A DNA stretch of 64,000 bases, taken from contig OX597821.1 of NCBI GenBank assembly GCA_951406725.2, forward strand, positions 8,556,001-8,620,000. The letters run 5' to 3'. This document shows, one piece after another, positions 30,356-45,070 of this stretch (positions are counted from its first letter, which is position 1; each line of letters starts with the position of its first letter). The DNA is from Octopus vulgaris (lineage: Eukaryota). The notes under the pieces were generated by a model. The model was given only the letters and a program-made list of their open reading frames with translations, did not search any database and was not told where the DNA came from. Made by a program: the position numbers and the translations under genes.

Positions 30356-30849
30356 AGATACACACAGACATGCATTCAAATATCAAGTTGGATTGTGTAA
30401 ATATTCGTGCAACTTTTAAAACTATATTGGCAATGAAATATCAGTGAAATATATTCCAATTTATTTGTACATATAATGAAAATGTAAAAAAAATAAATCC
30501 GAAATTCTATCTTGTTAAAATCATAAAGATATCTAAATGTTGTTTACAGTGAGATTTTCCTTGCTGTTGGCAAAGGTATTAAAGTTGAAAGGACTATATA
30601 ATGACACAGTATACGGTTGTTTGTTTATGCGAAGTTATCATTGTGTGCGTACGTATGTATGCGTGTGTGTATTTTTGAGTGTGTGTGTATTTGCACGTGT
30701 ATGTGTGTGTGTGCATCTGTATATATGTGTATTTACTTCTCGATTAATATATATGTTTTGTATACAGTGCACATATATTTATATATGCACAAAGGAATGT
30801 ATAGATATACATACATATACATGCGTACAGTATCAGGTGATATATACAT

Positions 30850-30912
<63 letters not shown>

Positions 30913-31468
30913 AATAAATATGTATATATATACATATGTATACATATATATATGAAAAAAAAACATGCATACACACTCACACACATACACACAGATTTAC
31001 GTCTCTCTCTATAGATATATCTATACATCCGTGCATGTGTGCACGCGCGTGTGTAAGTGAATACTCGTAAATATATATTTTTTGCGCATTCACATAAGAA
31101 AAAAAAAAAATATATATAGTTATATATACTGTATATTTAATGTGTATAGACATGCATACATTCATACACACATACATATATATACATATATATATATATA
31201 GATGCATAAATATATATGTATACATTTATATCTCTATATATACGCATGCACACATATACATAGATATAAACATATATGCATTATATACACATATGTAAAT
31301 ATATAAAACATTATATATATACATATATATGTTATATATGTTTATACATCTCTGTTCGCGCGCATGGATTTGCTTACATTCATGTGAATGTATTTAAATC
31401 TAACATAGTATTTAAATATATACATGTGTGTATGTGCTTATGTGTGTGTGTCGACACATGTATGCATG

Positions 31469-31543
<75 letters not shown>

Positions 31544-32049
31544 TATTTAAATACACACACACACGTATAAACGCATATAAATATCATCGCAAAATATTTA
31601 CTTTAAGTTAAAATTGCTTTTGGGCCTCCGACTGGATGTTTTATGCCTATTCGTAAATCAATTATTGCCTCTAGTCTAGCAATAATATCATTGTTATCTT
31701 CTGTTACACCGACATAGAGGTATTATATTTCTGTTTACACATGTTTATTGATTTGATGATGTGTGTATTGTGTGTATTCATTCACCGGCCAGCTGAAGTC
31801 CGTTTTTATCACGCAGCAATATACACATATGCATATATTATCATGCATCCATACAAACACAGACACAAATATAGACATACATACAGACAGACATGCAGCC
31901 AGACATACAGGCACACTTATGTTTTTATGCATATTCATGTATCTAAAGGTAAAGTGTCACCATTTTATATTTTTAATTTCGCGCCTGCGCATTGTTTGTT
32001 TTTGACTTTGTCGACTACACTGTATAGTAGGATTTCTCATACAAGATGA

Positions 32050-32811
32050 GAAAGGGCCAATTTTTATTCCAAGCCATTAAGAACAAGAGGAAAGACCGCG
32101 TTACTGAACATCCATTAGTTTTTCACAGACGAGAAAAATTTCTGCCAGGATCAAATGGTGAACACGAAGTTCAACCATTGACTTGCCGTGTCCCTAAAAC
32201 ATGTACCGAGAATGATGAAAATCATATATCCAGTCAACATCATGATGATTGGAGAGATCACTAGTGATGGCGACATTCATCTTTCCACACCGCCTCAGAC
32301 TCAACACAGAGGCCTACATCAAGTGCCTGGAGGAGGTAGTACTGCCCTGGGTCAAGACGGTGACTGCTGGAAGACCCTATGTCTGACAGCAGGACTCTGC
32401 ACCATGCTACACAAGCAGAACCTAGGCATGGCTGGCAGACAAATTCTGAAACCACATGTCCCCTAACATCTCGCCACATCACTCCCCAGAATGCAACGCC
32501 CTTGATTATTTTCTGTGGGGCTCAGTTGAGCGAGAGACCAACAAAACTCCTTGTAACACCAAAGATAAACTGAAGGCAAGGATTATGGTGGCATTCACCA
32601 ACTTAAACAAGGAGAACGTCCAGAAGAGTTGCAGGATATTTCGAAGTCGTACGGAGGGTGTAGTTGAAGTCAATGGCAATTTTATTGAATTTACTTTTTA
32701 GTATTTCAAGATAATTTTATGTAATTTTGGTAAATATATCGGTTAAAATGAGATGTCAGTGTTATTTTCATTTTTGCGCAATTTTGACGATAATCTATGC
32801 ACTGCACCCCA

Positions 32812-32815
<4 letters not shown>
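32050..32815 (+). pseudogene. 3' half of DD37D (maT-like) transposon
   Basis: HSPECNALDYFLWGSVERETNK...VVEVNGNFIE, related to 16770-18030. Confidence 0.8.
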
Positions 32816-32853
<38 letters not shown>

Positions 32854-33009
32854 ACTTTCTTTACCTTACTGTCTTTGTTAAACTCTACTGTCTTTAAAAA
32901 ACATTATTCTTCTACCTTATTACTTCCGTCTTTCAATATGTGACCTCGTGAGTACCACTGGCGATTTTTTTCTTCTGTCTTCCCTTCTCGGGATCTTTCC
33001 TTCTCCTAT

Positions 33010-33044
33010 GTTTCCGACGAAGAGCTCCGCTCGAAACGTTAAAC
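33010..33044 (+). ncRNA. Minimal type I hammerhead-like motif (U4C core) in a short cassette (32851-33137) between (TA)n
   Basis: GTTT-CCGACGA-A-GAGC-TCC-GCTC-GAAACGTT-AAAC: stems I and II are perfect and stem III is a self-complementary ACGT. Confidence 0.65.
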
Positions 33045-33132
33045 CCTCCTTCTTCCCTTCTTTCCTGAGCGTCCAATAATACTTTATTCCACGTCCTTGC
33101 GTTGTTGTCCTTTTGTTTTCTTGTTTGGATTA

Positions 33133-33174
<42 letters not shown>

Positions 33175-33177
33175 TGC

Positions 33178-33211
<34 letters not shown>

Positions 33212-35195
33212 ATTTGAAAGAATGAATAGAAGTAGCTTTTCTGATAATTTTTCAATACTTAATAATTTATAAACATCTAATTATTATAGTGGAAAAATTA
33301 CCAGATATGCTATTTTTATTCATTTTTTTTAGAGATATATAATACTCTGCTAAGGATTCATGACTTTTTTGATCGTCACGGATACTAGATGCAAAATATT
33401 GAATGTTAAATTTTAGATTCAAATTTTAATTCACCCAAAGAGCGCAGTTTTTGCTTTCATGATGTCACCCATTTGTTCGTCGATAAAAAAAAAACGGGTC
33501 TGAAACAGCTGGTTTGAACCTCAGCTCATTTGTGTTATTATTTGATCTGACAGAATCGTTAGCACGCTGGGTAAAATACTTAGAGATATTTCCACCGTCT
33601 TCACGTTCTGATTTCAAATTCTGTCGGGCTGACATTGACTTTCATCCCTTCGGGGTCCATAAAATACGTACCAGTTTGTACTGGAGTCAATATAATCTAG
33701 TATCCCCCGTCCCCAATTTTCAGGCCTTGTGCCTATAATAGAAAGGATTTTTTTATACTACAACTCACTTGGAACCTTCCGTACGGTTAATCTGGAGTGG
33801 ATTGCATGCCGGAGTATTCTTGTATGTGATTTTACATACATGAGTAATTGTAACGATGAGTATATTAACCTGTCAATGTGCATGTATATGTAAGTCATAC
33901 AACAAGTCCGTATACACATTGGTATGTACGTGAGTCTCCACATATATTGTTGATACACAGATATCTGTTTTCGACCCGTCCTCTTTTTTAAGTGCATGAA
34001 TAATACGGAAATCTATTTTATCTATATTTAGTAGCGGTAGTATTTGGATTGGATTTGAAAGGATTGTCATGTTTACACAAAAGAATCTTTTCTTATTTCA
34101 GGTTTTTCATACTTTATTATGTGATTCTTTTTTACAATTGGTTTGGAAAGTAGACTTTCTAAATTCATATAAAAAATTCCTAGAGTTTTAGAGTCTTATT
34201 TTAAAAATTGGAAGTTTATAAGAATTCAATCAATATATAAGAAGCAAAACAAATACAGATATATTCAGTTCAATTCTTGAAAATGAGACTGTGATGATAT
34301 AGAAACGTCGGATATGCACTTAGGAACTCTACTTCTCCAAACCAACTGCAAAAAGCTAATAAGAAAAAAGGAAAAAAATTTAAAATAACATAAAAAGCTT
34401 GAAGATAGTCGTGTATTTAAGGAACCATGCATAAATGTAAAGTTGTTCCTCATATATACGAACATAGCAGTATGTATATACATATGAATTTAGGGTGTGT
34501 TAACCTAGTTTTTGAATATGAGTATTATTATGAGGTCTGGTGGTCTCATAAAGATGAAAGCAAACGTGAATTTGCAATTACTATAGAAGCCCACTAAAAG
34601 GAATCTGATCTTTTATACATATATAATTATAATGGAAGAGAGACATTAAGACATATTTCTATGTAACTTTTATTCCCCACAAACTTTTACACTTAGTATC
34701 GACTGAATAAAAGCTGTAAAAAATATATTATTATACATACATCTTTACATACATACATACGTATAAATGTGTGTACACGTGGGTCAATATGAGTGTGTGT
34801 GAGTGTGATCGTACACTTTGACGAAAGTAATTTAGTTAAGGCTGTGTGATTGTTAAAAAAACGCAAAAGAAAAACAGGAGGACAGCTATTAATAAAAAAT
34901 ACGCTTATTTATTTAAAGGTTTTCGGACGGAAGATTTATGAAAAGAGATGCGTGCGCCATGGCAAGGGTTAAAACAAGGTGACGATAGCAGACTGATTAG
35001 ATTCATTCTTGTCTATTGTAAAGGGGATTTTGCTCTTATCACGAAATTTTCTAGGATTCTGAACTGACCAAATATAATAACCTCAGCGTTGTTTTTATTT
35101 TCATAAATCGCTTTTTATGATTTGATTATCTTGTCACTCTCACGAATCAAAGGTTTTACAAACATTCATCTTCTTTTCACATACTGCAATGCTTC

Positions 35196-35274
<79 letters not shown>

Positions 35275-35426
35275 ATGTGTGTGTGTGCGTGTGTGTGTAT
35301 GTGCGTGTGTGAGTGTGTGTGTATGTAATCACGTAAAAGCGCATATACTCACATACGTTTATATATATATATATACATGTGTATATATATATATATGTAT
35401 GTATATATATATGTATCATCACGTGA

Positions 35427-35631
<205 letters not shown>

Positions 35632-35689
35632 GTATATATATCACCTGATAAGGTTATCTCTACAGATTTTCTACACAAATTACAGCCGA

Positions 35690-36320
35690 CACTAATTTCG
35701 TTACGACGTTTCGTATCCGAGATACCTGACGTAAACAATGAAATCAAAGATGAATAATGGATAATAGGTGTATATGATTTATTTCATGAATTTTTGTTCC
35801 TTCATCAGCGCTTATCTGACCCATTAATCATCCATGAACTCATTACTTAAATAGCCACTAAATATAACGGTGTAATGTAATTAATTGGCTATACCAAGTT
35901 TACATATTAAACACCGGCTATAATTTCGATAGAATATATGTAGAGCTAACCTTCACAAGTGATGTGATAACGCAGCCAACACAGTAGAACACGGCATTAT
36001 AAAAAAGGTTTAATATACTTTATAGTATATAGTATATTATGGTTGCACAACGAAATACCGTGTCTCTACAGTTCATTAATATTTACGTACCGGCTTCCAG
36101 GAATGTGTTTACTCTGTAAGATTGGTCTGTCCAATAAAGTTACATCGCTATATTTTGTGGCTATTTAAGCACTGAGTTCGTGGACGATTAATGGGTTGGA
36201 TGGGTGCTAGTGAAACAGCAAAAACTACTGAAATATATCATGTACGTCAATTATGCATTTTAAATCTTCAATCTCAATGTTTGCATCAGGCTTCTCGGAT
36301 ACGAAACATCGTAATAAAAT
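35690..36320. mobile_element. Inverted pair of an old hammerhead-bearing Penelope-like cassette
   Basis: 35690-35890 is a diverged reverse complement of 36128-36320. Degenerate HHR motifs at about 35764-35815 (-) and 36202-36250 (+). Related to 49295-49695. Confidence 0.65.
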
Positions 36321-36607
36321 CACTTCTGGCTCCTTTCAGTTTCCCTCTACCACATCCACTCACACGGCTTTTTGTCGGCTCGAAGCTATAGTAGAAAATA
36401 CTTGTCCAAGTGACACGCAGCGGAATTGAACCTGGAATCATGTGGTTCGGAAGTAAATCTTTTACAACACAACAACGCCGAGACCTATTACAACCAACAG
36501 TTTACTTTCTCATTAAAACCTTGAAAGTATTGTGCCATAGCAAACACTACCGTGTGGTTTCGACGTAAATCACATCGTTTATATTAAAGCGGTCATTAAT
36601 ATCTAAG

Positions 36608-36934
36608 GTGTGAGGGCGCGTGGCTTAGTGGTTAGGGCATTCGGCTCATGATCGTAAGGTTGTGAGTTCGATTCCCAGCGACGCGTTGTGTCCCTGAGCA
36701 AGACACTTTATTTCACGTTGCTCCAGTCCACTCAGCTGGCAAAAATGAGTTGTATTTGTATTTCAAAGGGTCAGCCTTGTCACTCTCTGTGTCACGCTGA
36801 TTTTCCCCGAGAACTACGTTAAGGGTGCACGTGTCTGTGGAATGCTCAGCCATTTGCACGTTAATTTCACGAGCAAGCTGTTCCGTTGATCGTATCAGCT
36901 GGGACCCTCGTCGTCGTAACCGGCGGAGTCTTTA
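36608..36934 (+). mobile_element. tRNA-derived SINE family C with CORE-like domain
   Basis: A box tggcttagtgg and B box gagttcgattccc. TSD aatatctaag (36598-36607, 36935-36944). Confidence 0.9.
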
Positions 36935-37339
36935 AATATCTAAGCTATCATTATAACCAAACACTGCTGAGGTGTGTCAATAGAGCCAGCACTTAGCAAT
37001 TTCGAGCTAAGCAGAGTCATTTCAGCCGCTGCTCTGTCTATAAAACCACCAATGAACATGTTGTTTCACTTACTGTTAAGCGGTGTCACTACAACCAGCA
37101 CGGCTTGGTCTTTCCTTAGGTAACGGTTTTGTAGTACTTATTCGGTTCGTTAGAAATAAAGTAAATTTCCCCTAACTCACTTCCTTCAGTCAGGAAATAA
37201 TATATTCTTAAAAAAAAAGAAACGAAAACACGAAAACGGTCCTTAAAAAACAAGGTAGTGTATAAGTGTTTGTGCACGTGTGTATGCATACATGTCTGTA
37301 CATACACATACTTTCCTGAGTGCGTGTATGTGCGCTCGT

Positions 37340-37735
37340 GTGTATGTATGTATGTATGTATGTATGTATGTATGTATGTATGTATGTATGTATGTATGTA
37401 TGTATGTATGTATGTGTGTGTATGTATGTATGTATGTATGTATGTATGTATGTATGTATGTATGTATGTATGTATGTATGTATGTATGTATGTATGTATG
37501 TATGTATTTATGTATGAATGTATGTATGTATGTATGTATGTATGTATGTATGTATGTATGTATGTATGTATGTATGTGTGTGTATGTATGTATGTATGTA
37601 TGTATGTATGTATGTATGTGTGTGTATGTATGTATGTATGTATGTATGTATGTATGTATGTATGTATGTATGTACGTATGTATGTATGTGTATGTATGTA
37701 TGTATGTATGTATGAATGTATGTATGTATGTGTAT
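37340..37735. repeat. (TATG)n microsatellite
   Basis: Direct reading. Confidence 0.95.
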
Positions 37736-38132
37736 GTTTATGAACTGCATATATTACATAAACCAAGAGAACGCTGCCTCGAGGCAAAACAATGTTCTTT
37801 CACATTTTTACTATTTTTAAGTTGGTTTCTTCATACAGAAGTTTAAAAGTTATTAAAATCTTTAAAATTCTTTCTTTCTTTTTTTTTCTTTCTTTCTTTC
37901 AATTTTTCTCATAAATGGTTATAAGTTATTTTCTGTTTATTTTTCATATAAAATAAGTTATTTCTTTATTTATTTAGTTCACTCTTAGAAATATTTTAAA
38001 GTTATTTGATTAATATTTTCGTTTCACTTTCATATTTCATGTGCTGCTAAAGTAGATGAACGATCCATTGCATAACGTCGTCTTATACATAGAAAAAGAC
38101 GCGATTAAATATATATATATATATCTATATAT

Positions 38133-38208
<76 letters not shown>

Positions 38209-38453
38209 TGAAAAGGCTTTTCGTATTTTAAGTTGCCTTAGGTCTGTTAAAACAGAGACACTAAAGAAACCGGGAAGACTTTCTTTTGTCATATAGTGTC
38301 AATGCAACATACGCGAGAAGACGAAACCAGCACCAGGAATCCTGGGAAAATACCACTTACCCAGTAAGTTTGCTATTTGAATAATTACCTATACATGCAA
38401 CCAAATGCCCACGCATCTATGTGCACATGTTAGTATTTATAAGCAGCATAAAT

Positions 38454-38841
38454 GGATGGAAGCACTCCGTCAGTTACGACGACGAGGGTTCCGGTTGATC
38501 CGAATCAACGGAACAGCCTGCTCGTGAAATTAACGTGTAAGTGGCTGAGCACTCCACAGAAACGTGTACCCTTAACGTAGTTCCTCGGGGATATTCAGCG
38601 TGACACAGAGAGTGACAAGGCCGGCCCCTTGAAATACAGGTACAACAGAAACAGGAAGTAAGAGTGAGAGAAAGTTGTGGTGAAAGAGTACAGCAGGGAT
38701 CACCACCATCCCCTGCCGGAGCCTCGTGGAGCTTTTAGGTGTTTTCGCTCAATGAACACTCACAACGCCCGGTCTGGGAATCGAAACCGCGATCCTATGA
38801 CCGCGAGTCCGCTGCCCTAACCACTGGGCCATTGCGCCTCC
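38454..38841 (-). mobile_element. tRNA-derived SINE sharing its 3' tail with family C
   Basis: Head ggcgcaatggcccagtggttagggcagcggactcgcgg. TSD gcagcataaat (38443-38453, 38842-38852). Confidence 0.9.
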
Positions 38842-39089
38842 GCAGCATAAATAATGCCTACGCAACTCACACGTACACAACGTAAATACAAGAAAAAAAT
38901 GCAGTGTTACGAGCAACGCCGTACCAAACAAAAAACAAAGCAACTTCTCACAAACGAATATAAAAAGAAAATTAATCACTCAGTCTAAAACATAACGGAA
39001 TAGTTATGACGGGAAACATAGCTACCAAAAAAAAAAATTCGATTTTCGATCTATCAGTCAACGATATGATAAATATATCCATTGAAAGA

Positions 39090-42000
39090 ACAATGAAGCG
39101 GCATCCAGTTTAAAAGTCAACCCCGAACAAATAGACCCGTCTCCTATTGTCACTGTCAATGACTTAATGACAAGCCAAATCTCATGCGACTCGGTTATTA
39201 CCCCAGACAACAGGGACCGTGTTACTCAGTGGGGATCGAGACGGGTCGAAAAGTCTGCTGCTGGAACAAATTATTCTCTAAAAAACGATCTAGTAGGTAA
39301 CCAGTTCCGGGATAACCCTATCCCTAGACCGGTAGTGACGCCACCAAAAACATCACCTAAAGCAAAACGCATAAAATGAACTCGAGAGGATTATAGAGAT
39401 GTGTTGAAAGATTTGTATTCAGCCCGACTAAGCCTAAGCAATAACCTCATAGTACAAACTTACATTTCATGGAGAAACTTAGTAGGCAATGAAGTACGCA
39501 GATATATAGATGCAAATAAACTGAGTAAAGTACGCAGAGACATCATTAAGAATAAAAGTTTAACTGACGCTGAAATTAGCCAACTTAGGACACAAATATC
39601 TCATAGTAGACCAAATGAAAACAGCAACAATGCAGATGAAATAGGTAACAGATGCACAAAACCCAGTGTACGAGAAGTACATCCCAACGAGGAAGTTGAA
39701 GAAAGAATTGCGAAGAACAGATTCGCAGAATAGGCATGACACAGAATTACAAATGAATAATAAAGAGATCATAAACGCAGAAGAAGATATTATGAGAGAA
39801 CTCAACAAGACTGAGTTTATCGACATCATTAATAGAAAACCACTGGCAAAGTTTTCAAACAGCATAAAGAACAACAATATAATCATGATATAGAATGTTG
39901 TTCTTAGACAGATCTTAAGTAATAACGGAAATGACCTAACAACCTTAAATAATCTCATCTATTCAAATCATAAAGTTGTAACTGCTCAACTAGGTATCAG
40001 GACGACACGGAAAAGGACCAGTCATATGAATAGACCTCCTAAGTGGGAAGTAGAAATACAAGAAAAGATCGAATTTCTGCGAGCGGATGTATCAGTTCTC
40101 GATGAAGGTGCTAGAGGAGTAAATATTAAGACGAAATGAGTTAGAAAACTGAAGCGAAAATATAAAAATCAAAGATTCTATAAACCTCCCTGCAAACAAG
40201 GAACAATTGAAACAACGGATACAACTAAAAGCCCAGTGGCTTAGAAGGTTTGACAAAAGAATCAAATCATATCGACAAAACAAAATATTCAAGACGGATC
40301 AAAAAAATTTTATAGGAAAATTGGCAAAAGTAAGATAAAAACAAAGGAACCACCTAAGACTGAGGAAATGGAAGAGTTCTGGAAGAAGATATGGAGCAAC
40401 AAAAAAGAATATAATGCTGAAGCTAACTGGAAAGATCGTGAGGAAGTGAAATTGGATGAAGGGGAAGAGCAGAAAAGAGAGGCAATAGGAATAGAAGAGC
40501 TAAGATGTGTTCTTAGGAAGTATCAGAAACGGAAAACCCTAGGATTGGACCGAATTTCTAACTTCTGGCTAAATTGTCTGACAGAAGTACACCAAAATTC
40601 CACTGCATCTCTGACTGATGTCATCCAGAACCCGGAGCAAATACCTGCCTGGCTGACCGAAGGAACAACATACCTTCTACCAAAAACTGAAGACACAAAA
40701 ATTCCAAAGAACTACTGACCAATAACATGTCTCGACAACATCTACAATATCCTCACATCCATATTAACTGACAGAATATACGCTTTCCTTGAACAGAGAT
40801 TAATCCTTCCACAAGCTCAAAAATGCTGTAAACGGAATTATTATGGGTGCAAAGATTAATTACTTATAAGTAAAATGATTGTAGAAAATTCCCAGAGCAA
40901 AAAGAACAACCTGAGTATGGCATGGACAGACTATAGGAAAGCGTTTGATAGTGTCCCACATAATTGGATACTCAAGGCCTTTGCGATATATAAGATCTCT
41001 CCTGTCACCTCCAAATTCTTACAAGGAAGCATGGCCAAGTGGAACACATGTCTCCTTCTAAACCATAGTAATGGGATGAACCAAACTAACATCAAAATCA
41101 AAGGAGGTATCTTTCAAAGTGACTCTCTCTCCCCAATACTCTTTTGCATGACACTGATCCCACTCTCAAACGAACTAAATAACACCAGCTATGGGTTCAA
41201 TGTTTACAATACGACAATAAACCATCTGTTATATGGACGATCTGAAACTGTTTGCTAGAACTGATAAATAATTAGTAGGGCTGCTAACAACTGTTAAAGG
41301 ATTCACTAATGACATCGGGTTGGACTCTGGCCTTGATAAGTGTACTAAAGCAAGAAGTAAGCTCAGGCAAATTACTTCCATTAAATTAAATACCGACACT
41401 ACCATCAAAAAGCTTGACCCACCAGAAAATTACAAATACCTGGGGATAAACGAAGGAGATGGTATACAACATGCTACTATGAAGGAAAAAAATAAGCTAG
41501 GAATATTACAGGAGAATAAAACTTGAACTCAACTCTAAAACTCGCATCGAAGCCATTAACATCTTGGTACTTCCAGTAGTCCAATATAGTCTTAACATCA
41601 TTAACTGGAATCTTACAGAGCTACAACGCCTGGATAGGAAGACAAGAAAACTGCTAACTTCTAAGAACATGCACCGCCCAAAAGCAGATGTTGATCATCT
41701 GTAATTAACTAGAAGTAATGGGGTAGAAGAATGATGCAGGTAGAACTGTGCTATAAGACATCCACAATAGCAATGCACATGGTACGTATCTAGTACAGAG
41801 GACTGGATGAAAGAACCTGAAACCACTGCTACCAAACAAGCAAAATGGATCAAGCATATTGCAAAAAAGATACAAATTGAGGAGCAGTAGAACCAGAAGC
41901 CACTGCATGGATAGTATATACTTCGAAGTCGAAATGCTGATGTAGATCATGTAACAACTCATCAGTGGCTGAGAAGTTCAGGACTGAAAGCAGAGATTGA

Positions 42001-42225
42001 AGGTTTCATATTAGAGGCAGTGATCAAAGCTTGCTCACAAAAAACTACCAGGCTAACGTTCTCAAAACAGTTCTTACCCTAAATGCAGATTCGGCGAAAC
42101 ATTTGACGAAGAAATAGGCCATTTCGTCTCGGGATGTTCTGTGCTGACACAAAACGAATACAAAAATAGCCACGATAGGGTAGGACAATATTTACATCGG
42201 AAAATGTGTATGCCATTTTCGCAAC
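39090..42225 (+). mobile_element. Decayed R4/Dong-type LINE: N-terminal region and reverse transcriptase, 3'-truncated
   Basis: EEFWKKIWS, PAWLTEGTTYLLPK..IPKNY*PITCL, WTDYRKAFDSVPH, GIFQSDSLSP, (Y)MDDLKLFA, YKYLG and HDRVGQYLH, with stops and frameshifts. Confidence 0.9.
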
Positions 42226-42345
42226 TTTCACCCAACTTTCAGTAAACTTACTCGAGGACAGCATCTCCCGCTCCGCTGTCAATTCCCCTTCCAAGTGAAA
42301 TTTGAAGAAGTCAATGAGAGCCTTACCAAAGAGGAATATATCCCT
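42225..42345 (-). pseudogene. Possible C-terminal fragment of an L1/Tx1-type LINE
   Basis: LFGKALIDFFKFHL...EREMLSSSKFTESW resembles Tx1-like ORF2 C-termini. Recalled similarity only. Confidence 0.35.
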
Positions 42346-42845
42346 CGGTAGTACTGACAAGCTAAGGACATCTGGAAATTATCCATGACAGTTCTCAACC
42401 GGAAAGTGCTCCAGGACAGGCTAGCCAGTTCAATTTCGTCGACGCCAAGAGTCTCCCAGAGAACGTCGTCTCACTGACATTTCATCCAATACATTTGTGG
42501 TCATTAAAATAGGGTTCAGCCAGATGAAATACAATCGTCTATTCAGGGTTCATGTATATTCACATTCTAAGAAGTTTATCTGCTGTGAGACACTGATTGA
42601 TCTATATTAGTGTCAAGAGGATATTCAATCGCTGAAGAAATAACAGCGTAAGATTGAACGTAATTTGGCTGATCCGCCTTTTGCTGTCCACGAACATATT
42701 GTATAGACTGAGAAAGTGTTTACATTTGCTATTACATAACGCAATTCTATAAATCTGTCGACATATTCTCAAGTAAAACAAACTATATAACATGGAAACA
42801 AAGTGTTGTTAACGCACAAATAATTTATTAGATATTACAGCCATA

Positions 42846-43013
42846 GATATTTTCTCTTTTTATTCGATCCTTAGACAATAATTCTTAATTTATAGCTTAA
42901 AATTTATACTATCAATGAAATAGCGTTATTTTATCTTTTATATTTTATAACTCTAGATATTACATTATATTGCCTCAATAATTTCTCTTTTCGCATCTTT
43001 ATATTAGTTCTTT

Positions 43014-43054
<41 letters not shown>

Positions 43055-43190
43055 CATACATAAACACACACTGACATATATATAAGCGCATACGCGCCTG
43101 TGTAGTAAGAAACCTGCTAAGCAAACACTCAGGAAAGGGCCGAAGAAAGCCTGAAAATAATGTGTGTAGTGGCTAACGATCTATCATGGC

Positions 43191-43259
<69 letters not shown>

Positions 43260-43260
43260 C

Positions 43261-43291
<31 letters not shown>

Positions 43292-43365
43292 CATATATAT
43301 ACACGTATATATATATACATATATATATGTATATATGTATGTATTTATGTATATATGTATGTGTA

Positions 43366-43419
<54 letters not shown>

Positions 43420-44073
43420 CATTTCCGTGTCTCCCCGCCGCCATCACTTGGCAAGAGTAGTTGGAGTTTTTGTGTTGCCGTAAATTAGCGGTTTGGAATA
43501 AGAGACTGATAGTACTAGGCTCACAAAGAACACGTCCTGGGGACGATTTCCTCGACGAAAACCCATTAAGGCGGTACCCCAGTATGGCTGCAGTCAAAAG
43601 ACTGAAACAGGTAAAGGAAAAAAAGGAAGAATATATCTAGCTAGCAGAACCTTCACCGCATTGGGCAAAATGCTTAGCGGTTTTTCGTCCGTTTTTACTT
43701 TCCTAGTTCAAATTCGTTCGTAGTCGACTTTTCATTCATGGTTTCGGAATGAACACTTGGGTCAATGTAATCGACTTACCCCGTCCCTAGCAAAGCTTTG
43801 GTCTGACCTATATCTGCCTAAGGTGCAACGCAGTGGGACTGGACCTGGGTCCATGTGCTTGGGAACAAGCTTCTGAGCACATAGCCACGCCTGCGCCTAG
43901 ATATTTTCTCCTTTTTGATTGTATCCTTAGACAATAATTCTTAATTTATAGCTTGAATTTTATACTATCAACGAAATTGCAACATTCTATCTTTTTAATT
44001 TATATCTCCAGCTATTACATTATATTACCACAATAATTTCCCTTTTCGCATCTCTATATTAATACTTTCAATA
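42846..44073 (+). repeat. Diverged direct repeat of about 175 bp (42846-43018 and 43900-44073) enclosing SINE fragments
   Basis: Shared atccttagacaataattcttaatttatagctt...ttttcgcatct...ctttcaatata. Confidence 0.85.
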
Positions 44074-44078
44074 TATAA

Positions 44079-44127
<49 letters not shown>

Positions 44128-44162
44128 TCAGTCACCCCCTCTCTCTCTAGTTGTGTGTATAT

Positions 44163-44220
<58 letters not shown>

Positions 44221-44790
44221 CATGTATATATGTAGATGTACAACGCTGAATTCCTATTGTATTTCTATTCTTCTAATAATCTCCACATACAGCAATGAGA
44301 TGCTTGCATATCATTTGACTGTAATTCAATAACTGTTTTTTCCCTGTGACTTTTGTTTATATATTATAAATGTATAAACGACAGCAATAGTAGTTGCACA
44401 ACGAAACATTCCATTTCATTACATCAAATATTATAACATTTTTGTTACCAGAATTATACTGCTTTCATGTTGTTTACATAAGTTATATTGCCTCCATGTC
44501 TTTTTTGACGTAACGTGCATTGCTTTCATGTTTATTTTTACGAATTTATATAACTCTCATGTTTTTTTTTTATAATATTTAAAACCCTTTCACGAAAGAA
44601 GGATTTTCCCATTATATATTCTTTTAACCATTTAATACCCACATATATATTGTCGTGCCTCTGAACGTTTATTAATCAGTATTGTCCCCGCACCTACTTC
44701 TGACTCAATGCCCTTATACTCCATTCATCCTAATATCAGAATGAATAATAGATTCATCCAACAGTTATATATGTGTGTATATATATATAT

Positions 44791-44859
<69 letters not shown>

Positions 44860-44919
44860 TATATGCATATATATATATGTATCTCTCTCTCTCTCTTTAT
44901 ATATATATATATGTATATA

Positions 44920-44975
<56 letters not shown>

Positions 44976-45070
44976 ACATATATATGCATCATAAACACAC
45001 ATACACGTACACACACACACGCGTGTGCGTGTGCGTAGCCACTACACATTCTTTATTTGCTCTCCTTGTT

